Shown here: piece after piece, positions 42,792 to 52,432 of the stretch
How the letters are laid out: each line of letters begins with the position of its first letter
Position numbering within the stretch: the first letter of the stretch is position 1
Source: an uncultured Gemmatimonadaceae bacterium
GTDB lineage: Bacteria; Gemmatimonadota; Gemmatimonadetes; Gemmatimonadales; Gemmatimonadaceae
DNA length: 64,000 nucleotides
NCBI GenBank assembly: GCA_963822945.1
Contig: CAWGJO010000025.1
Span: 8,178-72,177, forward strand
Direction: 5' to 3'
Program-made: the position numbers and the translations under genes
Notes under the pieces: generated by a model
Told to the model about the DNA's origin: nothing
The model's input: the letters and a program-made list of their open reading frames with translations, nothing else
The model's database searches: none

Positions 42792-45064
42792 CGCTTCTTC
42801 AATCCGTCTAGCCACGAGTTGAACTGTTCGATGTCGTCGTCGGCAGACTCGGACGGCTGCCCCAATGGAGGCGTTTCCGTGATCGACGACCCCATGGCAG
42901 GCGTCGGGTTCGCGAAGAACTTGTCGAACGAGAAGCCGGGGGCGTCGGACGGAGAGGCGGAGGGCCGCTGCTCGCGGAACACGCTGTCGAGCGACAATTC
43001 CTCCGTCGCCCGGCGCGCCGGCGCGCCTTCCATCGTCGCCGGCGGAGTGTCGCCCTCTTCCGGCGGGGCGCCGTAGGCGCCGGCAAGCCCCTCGGCCGCC
43101 GCCTCATCCTCCTCGGACACCCCGGCAGAATCGAACATGAGATCGATGGATCCGCCCGGCGGCTCGGGTTCCGGCCCCGGTGCCTCTTCCGCGCTGGGGG
43201 CGGCGTCGAACGCCTCCGCCGTGCGTTCACCGGCGCCGTCATCGGCGGCGGGCGAGGTCTCCACCTCCGCCTCGTCGACGAGGTCGAATCCCCCGGCTGC
43301 TGATTCGTCGGCGACCGGCGTCTCTACGGCTTCGGTCTCTACGGCGACGACGGTCTCTTCGATGGTCTCTACGGCGACGACGGTCTCTTCGATGGTCTCT
43401 TCGGCCACGAACGCCTGCACCTCGATGTCCGCCACCGGGCTCGCCAGCTCATCGCCCTCATCCACCGTCTCCGCCGGTTCCGAGCCGATCCGGCTCCCGC
43501 CGGCCACATGGCCGCCGAGGGCCGCGAGGAACTCGCGAATGGACGGGCCCGTCGCGGCGGGGGGCGTGGTTGCCTCGGCCTCGGCCTCGGCCTCCGCCTC
43601 CGCCTCAGGAGCCGGTTCCGGCTCAGCCGCGGCCCCTGGCGCCGCCTCTGCCATGGGGGCGGCGGCGGCCTGGTCCACGGTCTGTCCGAACCCCTCGTCG
43701 GTCAGCAGGCCGGCGGGAGGCTCGATCACGAGGTCGTTCGTTTCCGTACTCTCCGGCCCACCCTCGGATGCGTGTTCCGCTTCGGGCGCACCCAGCCCCG
43801 ATTCGAACGTGAACGACGACGCATCGAGATCGGGCACTTCCTGCGCCGGCGGCACGGCGGCCGGCGTTGCGTCCACCGCGGCTTCCAACTCCGAAATCCG
43901 AGCCTGAAGGCCCGCGTCGTCGGGTCGCTGCGCGAGGAGTTGCCGGTACACCCGGAGCGCCTCATCCCGGTGCCCCTGCGAACGGTACAGTTCCGCCATC
44001 GTCTCGGTGGCGAACGGATCCAGGCCCGGCGCCGGTGGCGGGGTCGGCGCCGACGGTGGAGTGCTCTCCTGGGTGGCGAGTTCGAGATCGTCCAACGGGA
44101 ACTCGTCGGCCGCCCCCTGCCACTCCGACACGGGCTCCGAGGCGGGCTCCGGTTCCGGCTCCGGCTCCGGCTCCGACGAGGCTTCGGGCCATGGCGCGCC
44201 TGCGGCGTCTACAGCGGGCATCAGCAGGCCGTCATCCGCCCGCTCGATGTCGAAGCCCGTCGTTTCGAGCGAGGGACGCGGAGTGTCGCCACCCGGGGGA
44301 ATCGGTTCGGCGGACGCGAGGTTCAGGTCATCGAGATCGAGCAACTCGTCGGCGGGAGGCGCCGAGGCCTCGGGTGGCTCCTGGTCCGTGCCAGCCGCGA
44401 TCATCTCTGGCGGCTCCGCAGCCGCCTCCGGAGCGGCAGGGGCTGCCGGGGGCGGGGGCGGCGGAGACGCCACCACCGGCTCGGCGACGGGCGCCTCAGG
44501 CGCGGAAGTCGCCTGCGCTGCTTCCTCGACCGGAGCGTCCTCCGGGGGAGCAGCAGGTTCGGTCTCCGGCGGGGTGGAGCCGGTCAGCCCCTCCAGCGAC
44601 ACCGACTCCATGACGACGGTCCCGGTCGGCCCCGTGGCCGGCGGTTCGGCCGCCGGCGCCTGCGGCGCATTGGCCAGCTCCGTCAGCAGGGCCGAGATCT
44701 CGGCGTTCCGGGGATCGGCGTCGAGAACACGCTGGTACCACAGCCGCGCCGACGCCGGGTCGCCCAGGCCCCGCGCGATATCGCCCAGATACCGAAGCGC
44801 GATCAGGTTCTCCGGATCGAGGGTGAGGGCCGTGTCGAACACGACCTTGGCTTCGTCCAGTTGCTGCGCGTCGTACAGCGCCTGTCCGTACACGATATGG
44901 CCGCTCATGTGGCCCGGCTGCTGCGGGAGAAATTCCCGGCAGATGGCAATGGCCTGATCCGGATCACCCGCCTTCCGGTATTCGTTGGCGAGCGGAGCAA
45001 AGTACCGACGAGGGTTCTCGTCGAACTTCTTTTGCAGGTCGTCGATTCGGGCGGAATTCGCCAT
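42788..45064 (-). CDS. TPR protein with long acidic Pro/Ala/Glu-rich disordered regions
   Basis: N-terminal TPRs (FAPLANEYRKAG...LDPENLIAL), central FATETMAELYRSQG helix pair, C-terminal DDIEQFNSWLDGLKKR. Confidence 0.85.
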   Translation of the reverse strand: MANSARIDDLQKKFDENPRRYFAPLANEYRKAGDPDQAIAICREFLPQQPGHMSGHIVYGQALYDAQQLDEAKVVFDTALTLDPENLIALRYLGDIARGLGDPASARLWYQRVLDADPRNAEISALLTELANAPQAPAAEPPATGPTGTVVMESVSLEGLTGSTPPETEPAAPPEDAPVEEAAQATSAPEAPVAEPVVASPPPPPPAAPAAPEAAAEPPEMIAAGTDQEPPEASAPPADELLDLDDLNLASAEPIPPGGDTPRPSLETTGFDIERADDGLLMPAVDAAGAPWPEASSEPEPEPEPEPASEPVSEWQGAADEFPLDDLELATQESTPPSAPTPPPAPGLDPFATETMAELYRSQGHRDEALRVYRQLLAQRPDDAGLQARISELEAAVDATPAAVPPAQEVPDLDASSFTFESGLGAPEAEHASEGGPESTETNDLVIEPPAGLLTDEGFGQTVDQAAAAPMAEAAPGAAAEPEPAPEAEAEAEAEAEATTPPAATGPSIREFLAALGGHVAGGSRIGSEPAETVDEGDELASPVADIEVQAFVAEETIEETVVAVETIEETVVAVETEAVETPVADESAAGGFDLVDEAEVETSPAADDGAGERTAEAFDAAPSAEEAPGPEPEPPGGSIDLMFDSAGVSEEDEAAAEGLAGAYGAPPEEGDTPPATMEGAPARRATEELSLDSVFREQRPSASPSDAPGFSFDKFFANPTPAMGSSITETPPLGQPSESADDDIEQFNSWLDGLKKR
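43334..43400. repeat. Exact 30-bp intragenic tandem duplication (IEETVVAVET x2)
   Basis: GGTCTCTACGGCGACGACGGTCTCTTCGAT at 43334 and 43364, plus a partial third copy. Confidence 0.9.
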
Positions 45065-45234
45065 ATCTGGCCTCGAGCCGTCGGCGGGCGGTAGGAAAGC
45101 GAAGAATACATATCGCAGACAGTTCAAGTCAATCAGAAGTCACACGCCGACTTGATTTTAGGACCATCCACCCGGTAGCTTTTCCTGCTCTGCACCAGAG
45201 TCGCAACCATCGCTCGCTTCAGGAGTAACGCCGC

Positions 45235-47073
45235 GTGCTGCAATCCATGCGGAGCTGGGCCAAGTACATCTGGATTTTCGTGATCGGGGCCCCGTTCATC
45301 TTCGTCTTCCTGTTCTATCAAACTTCCGGCCTCGGCAATGCCGCCTCGGTCACCCCGAGTACCCCCGTCGCCAAGGTGGATGGCCAGGAGATCCTCTACG
45401 CGGACTACACGCGCCAGGTAGACAACCAGGTGCAGTCGGAACAGCAGTCCTCCGGCCGCTCCATGACGCAGGATGAGATCCGCCAGATCCAGAATTCGGT
45501 CTTCGACCAGATGGTGACGCAGATCCTGCTCGACCGCGAGTACAAGCGGCGCGGGATCTCGGTCACGGCCGACGAGATCCGCGAGTACGCCAAGTACGCC
45601 CCGCCCTCCTGGATCCAGCAGAGCCCGGACATGCAGACGGACGGCAAGTTCGACATGGCCAAGTACCAGCGGCTGCTGCAGAGTCCGGTGGCGCGGGAGA
45701 GCGGGCTCCTGGTGCAGCTCGAGGACTACTACCGCACCGAGATCCCGAAGCAGAAGCTGTTCGAGCAGATCACGGCCGGGGTCTACGTCTCCGACGCCGA
45801 CCTGTGGCGCGCCTGGCAGGACTCGCACGACAGCGCACAGGTCAGTTACGTGGCCTGGAACGACACGCCCGACTCCGCCGACCTCAAGTCGGTCACCGAG
45901 GCTCAGATCCAGCAGTACTACGACGGCCACCACGACCAGTTCACGGAACCGGGCACGGCCCGCCTCTCCGTCGTGAAGATCCCGCGCGTGATCACAGCAG
46001 CCGACAGCGCCGCCGTCCGCGCGCACCTGATGCAACTGCGCGCCGAGATCGAGTCCGGCACCAGCACCTTCGCCGACGTGGCCAAGCGGGAGTCGCAGGA
46101 CTCGGCCTCTGCAGCCAACGGCGGCGACCTCGGGATGAGCACCAAGGGGCAGTTCGTCCAGGAGTTCGACAAGGCGGCCTGGTCCCTCAAGCCTGGTCAA
46201 CTCTCGGGGCCCGTGCTCACCCCCTTCGGCTATCACCTGCTCAAGGTGAACTCGCGCAAGGGTGATTCGATCGACGTCAGTCACATCCTGCTGCGCATCC
46301 AGCCCACCGATTCCAACGAAGCGCGGATCGATCGCCGGGCGGACAGCCTGGCGAACATGGCCGCCACCGCCGATCTGCCGAGCAAGCTCGACTCCGCGGC
46401 GGCCGTGCTGCATCTCACCATCTACAAACTTACGGCCACCGAGAACCAGCCCGCCATGCTCGGCAGCGAGCAGGTGCCGAGCGCCAGCGCCTGGGCGTTC
46501 GGCGGCGCGCGGCCGGGGGACATCAGCGACCTGTTCGACGACGACAACGGCTACTACCTCGCGCGGCTCGACTCGCTCACGCCGGGCGGACTGCGCGACC
46601 TCAGCGCCGTGCGCGAACAGATCCGGGCCACGGTGGCCGCCCAGCACCATCTGGATCGGATGATGGAGCCCGCCAAGGCGTTCGCCTCGGCGGCCGCGGC
46701 CAGCGGCCTCGACGCCGCCGCCCAGAAGATGAAGCTGCACGTCGCGCAGACGCCGGTGTTCACGCGGACGACCTTCGTGCCCGGCCTCGGCGGTCAATTC
46801 ACGACCGCCATCGGCGCCGCGTTCGGACTGCCGCTGCACGCGGTGAGCGACCCCGTCCGTGGCGAGTCGCAGATCACCGTGGAGCGCGTGGATCGCCGGA
46901 TCAAGGCCGACAGTGCCGCCTGGCTCAAGCAGAAGACCGCGCAGCGCCAGCAGCGGATCAGCCAACTGCAGCAGGCTCGCCTGCAGATGTACCTCCAGTA
47001 TCTGCACGACTCTGCCAAGATCGACGACCGCCGCCAGGCCATCGACGCGGCCATCCGGCGCACCTCGAGCTAG
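45235..47073 (+). CDS. PpiD/SurA-type parvulin peptidyl-prolyl isomerase chaperone
   Basis: N-terminal TM anchor, SurA-N-like region, FADVAKRESQDSASAANGGDLG...GPVLTPFGYHL rotamase domain. Confidence 0.9.
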   Translation: MLQSMRSWAKYIWIFVIGAPFIFVFLFYQTSGLGNAASVTPSTPVAKVDGQEILYADYTRQVDNQVQSEQQSSGRSMTQDEIRQIQNSVFDQMVTQILLDREYKRRGISVTADEIREYAKYAPPSWIQQSPDMQTDGKFDMAKYQRLLQSPVARESGLLVQLEDYYRTEIPKQKLFEQITAGVYVSDADLWRAWQDSHDSAQVSYVAWNDTPDSADLKSVTEAQIQQYYDGHHDQFTEPGTARLSVVKIPRVITAADSAAVRAHLMQLRAEIESGTSTFADVAKRESQDSASAANGGDLGMSTKGQFVQEFDKAAWSLKPGQLSGPVLTPFGYHLLKVNSRKGDSIDVSHILLRIQPTDSNEARIDRRADSLANMAATADLPSKLDSAAAVLHLTIYKLTATENQPAMLGSEQVPSASAWAFGGARPGDISDLFDDDNGYYLARLDSLTPGGLRDLSAVREQIRATVAAQHHLDRMMEPAKAFASAAAASGLDAAAQKMKLHVAQTPVFTRTTFVPGLGGQFTTAIGAAFGLPLHAVSDPVRGESQITVERVDRRIKADSAAWLKQKTAQRQQRISQLQQARLQMYLQYLHDSAKIDDRRQAIDAAIRRTSS

Positions 47074-47104
47074 CCGCCGCGACGACGCGGGACCCGAATG
47101 CAGG

Positions 47105-47141
47105 ACGGCGCCCCGGCCAGGTTGGCCGGGGCGCCGTTTTT
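47105..47141 (+). terminator. Rho-independent terminator of the PpiD-like gene
   Basis: ACGGCGCCCCGGCCA-GGT-TGGCCGGGGCGCCGT-TTTT, 15-bp perfect stem. Confidence 0.88.
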
Positions 47142-47166
47142 GTGGGCGGGTCCCGCGTCGCGATGT

Positions 47167-47430
47167 CTACATCAACCGCTTGGGCTCGCGCGCCGGCTCC
47201 TCTTCCTGCTTGGTGCGCGCCGCCGGCTCGCCCTGATGCAGCCGGTCGATGTGCCGGTCGTCATCGGACTCGCTCACCTGCCGCTGCACGTCGTTGATGC
47301 TGCGCTTGAACTCCCGAATGCCCTTGCCCAGCGAGGCCCCGATTTCCGGCACGCGGCGCGCACCGAACAACACGAGCACGATCACCAGAATGATGAACAG
47401 CTCCATGGGACCGAAATTCCCGAAATTCAT
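47167..47430 (-). CDS. tatA: Twin-arginine translocase subunit TatA
   Basis: GPMELFIILVIVLVLFGARRVPEIGASLGKGIREFK; SD AGGAG. Confidence 0.95.
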   Translation of the reverse strand: MNFGNFGPMELFIILVIVLVLFGARRVPEIGASLGKGIREFKRSINDVQRQVSESDDDRHIDRLHQGEPAARTKQEEEPAREPKRLM

Positions 47431-47438
47431 ACCGTCTC

Positions 47439-47720
47439 CTAGAAGAGCGACCGCGCGATGAGATAGGCCACGAACACGCCCACGAGGCCGAGGATCGACA
47501 CATCCAGCGCCACCGGGCCTACACTGAACTTGATGATGACGAGATCAATCGGCAACGGCCCCATCGACGGTGTCACCCCGGTGGTCAGAAACTCCTTGAC
47601 CGCTCCGGCCGGCAGCCAGCGCCTGGCGATCTCCGTGAACGCGCCGCCGACGATGAATCCGATCGAGAGCACGATCGCGTGGTACCCCGGCCGATGCTTG
47701 GCGGAACCGGTGGGAGGCAT
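47439..47720 (-). CDS. Small membrane protein (DUF4321-like)
   Basis: Two hydrophobic helices around a beta-hairpin (IDLVIIKFSVG...SILGLVG). Confidence 0.7.
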   Translation of the reverse strand: MPPTGSAKHRPGYHAIVLSIGFIVGGAFTEIARRWLPAGAVKEFLTTGVTPSMGPLPIDLVIIKFSVGPVALDVSILGLVGVFVAYLIARSLF

Positions 47721-48727
47721 TACCAGCGCCGGTCGGTGACGTACGCGATGGCTTCGACGAGCGCCGCACGGGCCGGCGAGTCCGGAACCCCCAGCAGCGC
47801 GTCTTCCGCCTCCTGGGCGTACTGTTCGCCGCGCCGGCGGGCATACTCGATGCCCCCCGCGTCGGCGACGATGCCCACGACGTCCTGGATCGCGGCGTCG
47901 GTCGGGGCGTCGGCCGCGAACAACTGCTCCACCTGTTGGCGTGCCGCGGGCGACAGCGAAGGCAGGGCGGCGATGAGCGGCAGGGTGACCTTATGCTCCC
48001 GCAAGTCGTTCCCCGACGGTTTGCCCGTGACCGACTCGTCCTCGGTGTAGTCGAGGATGTCGTCCACCACCTGGAAGGCCATGCCGAGCCGGTCGCCGAA
48101 TCGGGCCATGCGCTCGCGGAACCGGGCGGCGCCGCACAGCGCTCCGCTCTCACACGCGGCCGAGATCAGTGACGCGGTCTTGGCCCGGATGAGGAGTTCG
48201 TACTCGGGCTCGCCGAAGTGCAGGGCATCGATTGCCGCCAGCTGTCGCATCTCACCCATGCTCAACTCGCTTGACACGTCGGTGACGACACGAACCACGT
48301 CGAAGTCACGAATGGCCACCAGGGCACGCAGCGCCCGCGAGTACAGGAAGTCGCCCATGATGACCGACACCTGATGGCTGAACATCGAGTTCACGGTCGG
48401 CAGACCGCGCCGTGTCGCCGAGTGATCCACCGAGTCGTCGTGCACCAGCGTCGCCAGATGCATCAACTCGATGACGGCCGCCAGCCGCACGGCCCGCGGC
48501 TCCGGCCGCCCCTCGAGTTCGCTCGATAGCAGCGTCAACGTGGGCCGGAACATCTTGCCGCGCATCCCGAGCAGGTGGTGACTCACCTCTTCCACCATCG
48601 GCACCCCGGAACTGACGATCTCCTGCATTGCGGCCGTCACCAGATCCAGGCGCTCGCGAATCGGGGCCTGAATGCCGCGCAACGCATCGGTCATCGGGGT
48701 CCGCGGCCGCGCGATCACTCCACTCAT
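47720..48727 (-). CDS. Polyprenyl diphosphate synthase (IspB-like)
   Basis: GKMFRP, LVHDDSVD...RRG, FQVVDDILD and GKPSGND motifs. Confidence 0.94.
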   Translation of the reverse strand: MSGVIARPRTPMTDALRGIQAPIRERLDLVTAAMQEIVSSGVPMVEEVSHHLLGMRGKMFRPTLTLLSSELEGRPEPRAVRLAAVIELMHLATLVHDDSVDHSATRRGLPTVNSMFSHQVSVIMGDFLYSRALRALVAIRDFDVVRVVTDVSSELSMGEMRQLAAIDALHFGEPEYELLIRAKTASLISAACESGALCGAARFRERMARFGDRLGMAFQVVDDILDYTEDESVTGKPSGNDLREHKVTLPLIAALPSLSPAARQQVEQLFAADAPTDAAIQDVVGIVADAGGIEYARRRGEQYAQEAEDALLGVPDSPARAALVEAIAYVTDRRW

Positions 48728-51097
48728 CGGGTCGCTCCCTCGATGGCGTTCATCCGGTCGCCCACGTCGCGGAACTGGACGTCGACCACGAAGATGCGTT
48801 GGTAGTATTCGAGCGCCTGGGCGGGCTTGCCGAGTTCCTCGCACGCGCGCCCCAACAGATAGAGCACGCCCACGAGCTGGTCGTCCCCCACCCCCTTTTC
48901 ATGCACGGCCCGTCCCAGCAGCGTGCTCGCCATCTGGAACTGCTCCTTCTCCATGAAGCACTGCCCGATCGCCTCGTACGTGCGCACCCGGTTATCGACG
49001 CCGCGCAGTGACTTCTGGAATTCGGAGATCGCCTCGTCCAACAGGCCCATTTCCTTGTACGCGATCCCGAGGTCGTAGTGACTCTGGTAGTCGTCGGCAT
49101 CGACGTTGTCGGCCACGCCCTGCTTGAACTTCCGCAGCATGTCGGCGAAGTCGGCTTCCTCGTCGCCCGACGGCTCCTGCTCGGCCACCACCATGCGGGT
49201 GTCCTTCGGCGCCTCGTCGTCGCGCATCAGATCGCCGAGGTTGACGAACTCGCCGCGCACCGGCGTGGGGATGGAGACGCGCGGTCTGGAGGGCGTTCCG
49301 AGCGACGATCCCAGCATGCCCGCGGCCGGGGTATCGGACAGCGCGCTCAGGGCGCCCTGCGCGCGCGCGTTGTCCGGCGCCAGTTCGAGCACCCGGTGGT
49401 AGATCACGCGCGCCTTGTCGGCCTGGTCGCTGCGGAACAGCGCGTCGGCCAACTCCAGGTAGGCATCCACCAACCGGTGCTTGTCTTTGGACCGGAACGC
49501 GTACTCCACGCGCTTCTGGTGGTGCTTGACCGACGAGGGATCCGCGCGGACCAGTTCGTCGGCGATCGAAGCCGCGGCATCGAGATCTCCCTCGACCTCG
49601 TACCCCTTCATCGCCGTCTCGAACTCCAGCAGGCCCTCTTCACGGTGGCCCGCATCGAACATCGCCTCGCCGAGTTCACGGTGCGCGCCCCAGTCCGCGG
49701 GATTCGCGTCCACCACCGCCTGCAACATCTCGACCGAGTGCGCGGCGAGCATCGTCGACGCGCGCCCGACGGGCTCCGCGGACTCGCCCGCATCCTCGGT
49801 GGCCGCACCGGCGTCCTCACCCCCGACATCCATCATCGGGAGCCCGTGCGTCGGCGAGCCGCCCGTGGGGGTCTCATCGGCGGACGTCGTCAGCACATCG
49901 TCCGGAAGCATCAGCTCGAGGTCGTCGTCCGCCTCCTGTTGCGACGGAACGTCGGCCGGCGGCGCTGTGTCGGCCGCTTCGATGTCCCCGGCGTCCGCCT
50001 CTCCGGCCTCCTCCGGCAACTCCTCTTCCGCCGCGGCGTCCGCGCCCGGGATCGACGTGGGTTCGATGTCGGGCAACGGCGCGGCAGTTTCGGCCGCCGC
50101 CTCCGCGTCGAACGACGTCGCGACGAGCCCCTCGACCGGCGTACTCGTGTCGACCGCCGGCGCGTCCTCGTCGAACTCGGTGCTGCGGGTCACGCCGTCC
50201 AACGGCTCCGTCTCGACCTCATCCGCACGCACCGGTTCGCCGACATCGGCCTGCTCGGCTTGCGACGCCAGCTCGGTCTCCGACGCCAGCTCGGTCTCCG
50301 ACGCCGCTCGTCGACCGCTCGGTCGCTGACGCCTGCTCGGTCGGCGGCGGTTCCACGGGAAGCGCCGGCGGGGGCTCGGATGGACGCGGCGTGGTTCCGC
50401 GCCGCGGCTTGGGAGCCTCGTTGAGATCGAGGAAGACCAGGTCCTGCCCCTTGGACTCGAGGGGCGTGTCGCCGGCCCGCACTTCGGCATCGGGATCGAG
50501 CGCGCGGATACGCTCCGCCGTCGCTTCGGCCTCCGCGGGGCGATCCTCCGCCGAGTAGCGCTGGTACAGGAGCTGCAACTGCTCCACCGCCTCACCGCGC
50601 TTGCCCGCCTTCTGCAACTGGTCCGCGAGCATCAGGCGGATGTCGTCCTGATCCGGACAGAGATCCGCGAATTCCTTCAGGGCACGGAACGCCTCGTCCA
50701 GCCGTCCCGACTTCTGCATGCGGTCGGCGAACTCGAGGAAGTTCCGTTTCGCCTCGGCGGTGAATCCCTTCTGCGCGCTGATCTTCCCGAGCTTGTAGTA
50801 GATCGACGTGCGCCCGGGCGACTGACGGAGGATCTTGTTGCAGAGCGCGATGGCGTTGTTGAAGAAGCCGCCATCACTATAGTGATCGACGGCCTTCTCG
50901 TAATAGTCGACCGCGTCGGCCACGTTGCCCTGGCGGAGCAGCAGGTCGCCGACCCGATTGAACAGCGCAACATCCATCTCCTCGGGGCTCGATTCGTACG
51001 CAGCGAGGAGATCGATATACACGGCGAGCGCCTTGTCCGGCTGCTTTTTCAGCTCGAACTCGGCAGCCTTCTTTTTGAGCTTTGCGATGTTCGACAT
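48724..51097 (-). CDS. Large TPR protein with acidic linker (SgmX-like architecture), +1 frameshift at ~50315
   Basis: N-terminal TPR array (NRVGDLLLRQG...FFNNAIALCNKILR), acidic linker with 18-bp repeats (TELASE), C-terminal SHYDLGIAYKEMGLLDEAISEFQK TPRs. Confidence 0.85.
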
Positions 51098-51178
51098 CAG
51101 CGCCCGGAAGGCCTCGAGAGAAGGGCCGACGACGGCCAGCGTCGGGGGAGAATGAGCTTTGGAAGTTATCCCTAAGTG

Positions 51179-52432
51179 CTACCAGTCACAAGGTTTGCCT
51201 CGCACCCAACTCCGCCTGCAGATGGGGGCGCCAAACCAGTACGGCAACTCCCGATAGTCCGCCGCATCGTACAACGAAACGTCCGCGGAGAAGCCCGGCG
51301 CGATCTGCCCTACCCGGTCCGCGATGCCGAGCGCGGCGGCCCCATTGACGGTTGCCGCCACCAGGGCTTCGGCCGCGCTCAGGTGCAGTTGGCTCACGCC
51401 GAGTGTGAGAATCGTCGGAAAATGCAGGGTCGGGGAGGTCCCCGGGTTGAAATCCGTGGCCAGCGCCACCGGGACCCCCGCCTCGATCAGCGCGCGGGCC
51501 GGTGCCTGCTTGGATTTCCCGAGAAAGACCATGGTCGCCGGAAGCAGCGTGGCCACCGTGTTGACGCTGGCCAGCGCGGCGATACCCTGCTCCGAGATCG
51601 CGGCCAGGTGATCGGCCGACGTCGCCTTCAGCTCCGCCGCCAGCTCCGCGCCGCCGGACGACGTCAACTCGTCGGCATGGAGTTTCAGCGCCAACCCCGC
51701 ACCGCGGGCGGCGAGGAGGATCTCCCGCGATTCCGCCGGGGTGTAGACATGGGTTTCGCAGAAGACGTCGGCGAACTGCGCGAGTTCCTCCTCCGCCACC
51801 CGGGGAATCATGTCGTGGATCACCGTGTCCACGTACGCCCGGCGGGCGGCGGGCGTGCCGCGATGCTCCAGCGGCACCTCGTGCGCGCCGAGGAAGGTCG
51901 CCACGATGCGGATGGGCAGTTCGTCGCGCAACCGCCGGATGGCACGCAGCATCTTCAGTTCGTCGTCCAGCGTCAGCCCGTAGCCCGACTTGACCTCGAC
52001 GGTGGTGACGCCGCTCGCCGCCAGCAGGCGGAGCCGCCCGCGCGCGAGGTCCACCAGTTGCTGCTCGGTGTGCGCGCGCACGTCGCGTACCGATGCGTGG
52101 ATGCCTCCGCCGCGCCGCGCGATCTCCATGTAGTCGAGCCCGGCCGCCCGCATCTCGTGCTCCGCCGCGCGCCCGCGCCCGAACACGGCGTGCGTGTGCG
52201 AATCCACGAATCCCGGGGCGAGTACGCCGCCGCCGCAGTCCACGAGCTCCCAGTCCGGATAGTCGCGCCGCAGTTGCTCCTCGGGGCCGACGGCCTCGAT
52301 CACCCCATGCCCTACGGCCACTGCGTAGCCGTCCCGCGGCGCGGCGTCCGCCATCGCCCCGCCGCGCCGCGCTCGACGCGGCCCGGCGCACGTCACGACC
52401 TGCGTTGCATTGACCAGGAGGAAATTCGTCAT
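51179..52432 (-). CDS. hutI: Imidazolonepropionase
   Basis: PGFVDSHTH, GGGIHASV, EVKSGYGL, KLHADE and ATDFNPG motifs. Confidence 0.96.
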   Translation of the reverse strand: MTNFLLVNATQVVTCAGPRRARRGGAMADAAPRDGYAVAVGHGVIEAVGPEEQLRRDYPDWELVDCGGGVLAPGFVDSHTHAVFGRGRAAEHEMRAAGLDYMEIARRGGGIHASVRDVRAHTEQQLVDLARGRLRLLAASGVTTVEVKSGYGLTLDDELKMLRAIRRLRDELPIRIVATFLGAHEVPLEHRGTPAARRAYVDTVIHDMIPRVAEEELAQFADVFCETHVYTPAESREILLAARGAGLALKLHADELTSSGGAELAAELKATSADHLAAISEQGIAALASVNTVATLLPATMVFLGKSKQAPARALIEAGVPVALATDFNPGTSPTLHFPTILTLGVSQLHLSAAEALVAATVNGAAALGIADRVGQIAPGFSADVSLYDAADYRELPYWFGAPICRRSWVRGKPCDW

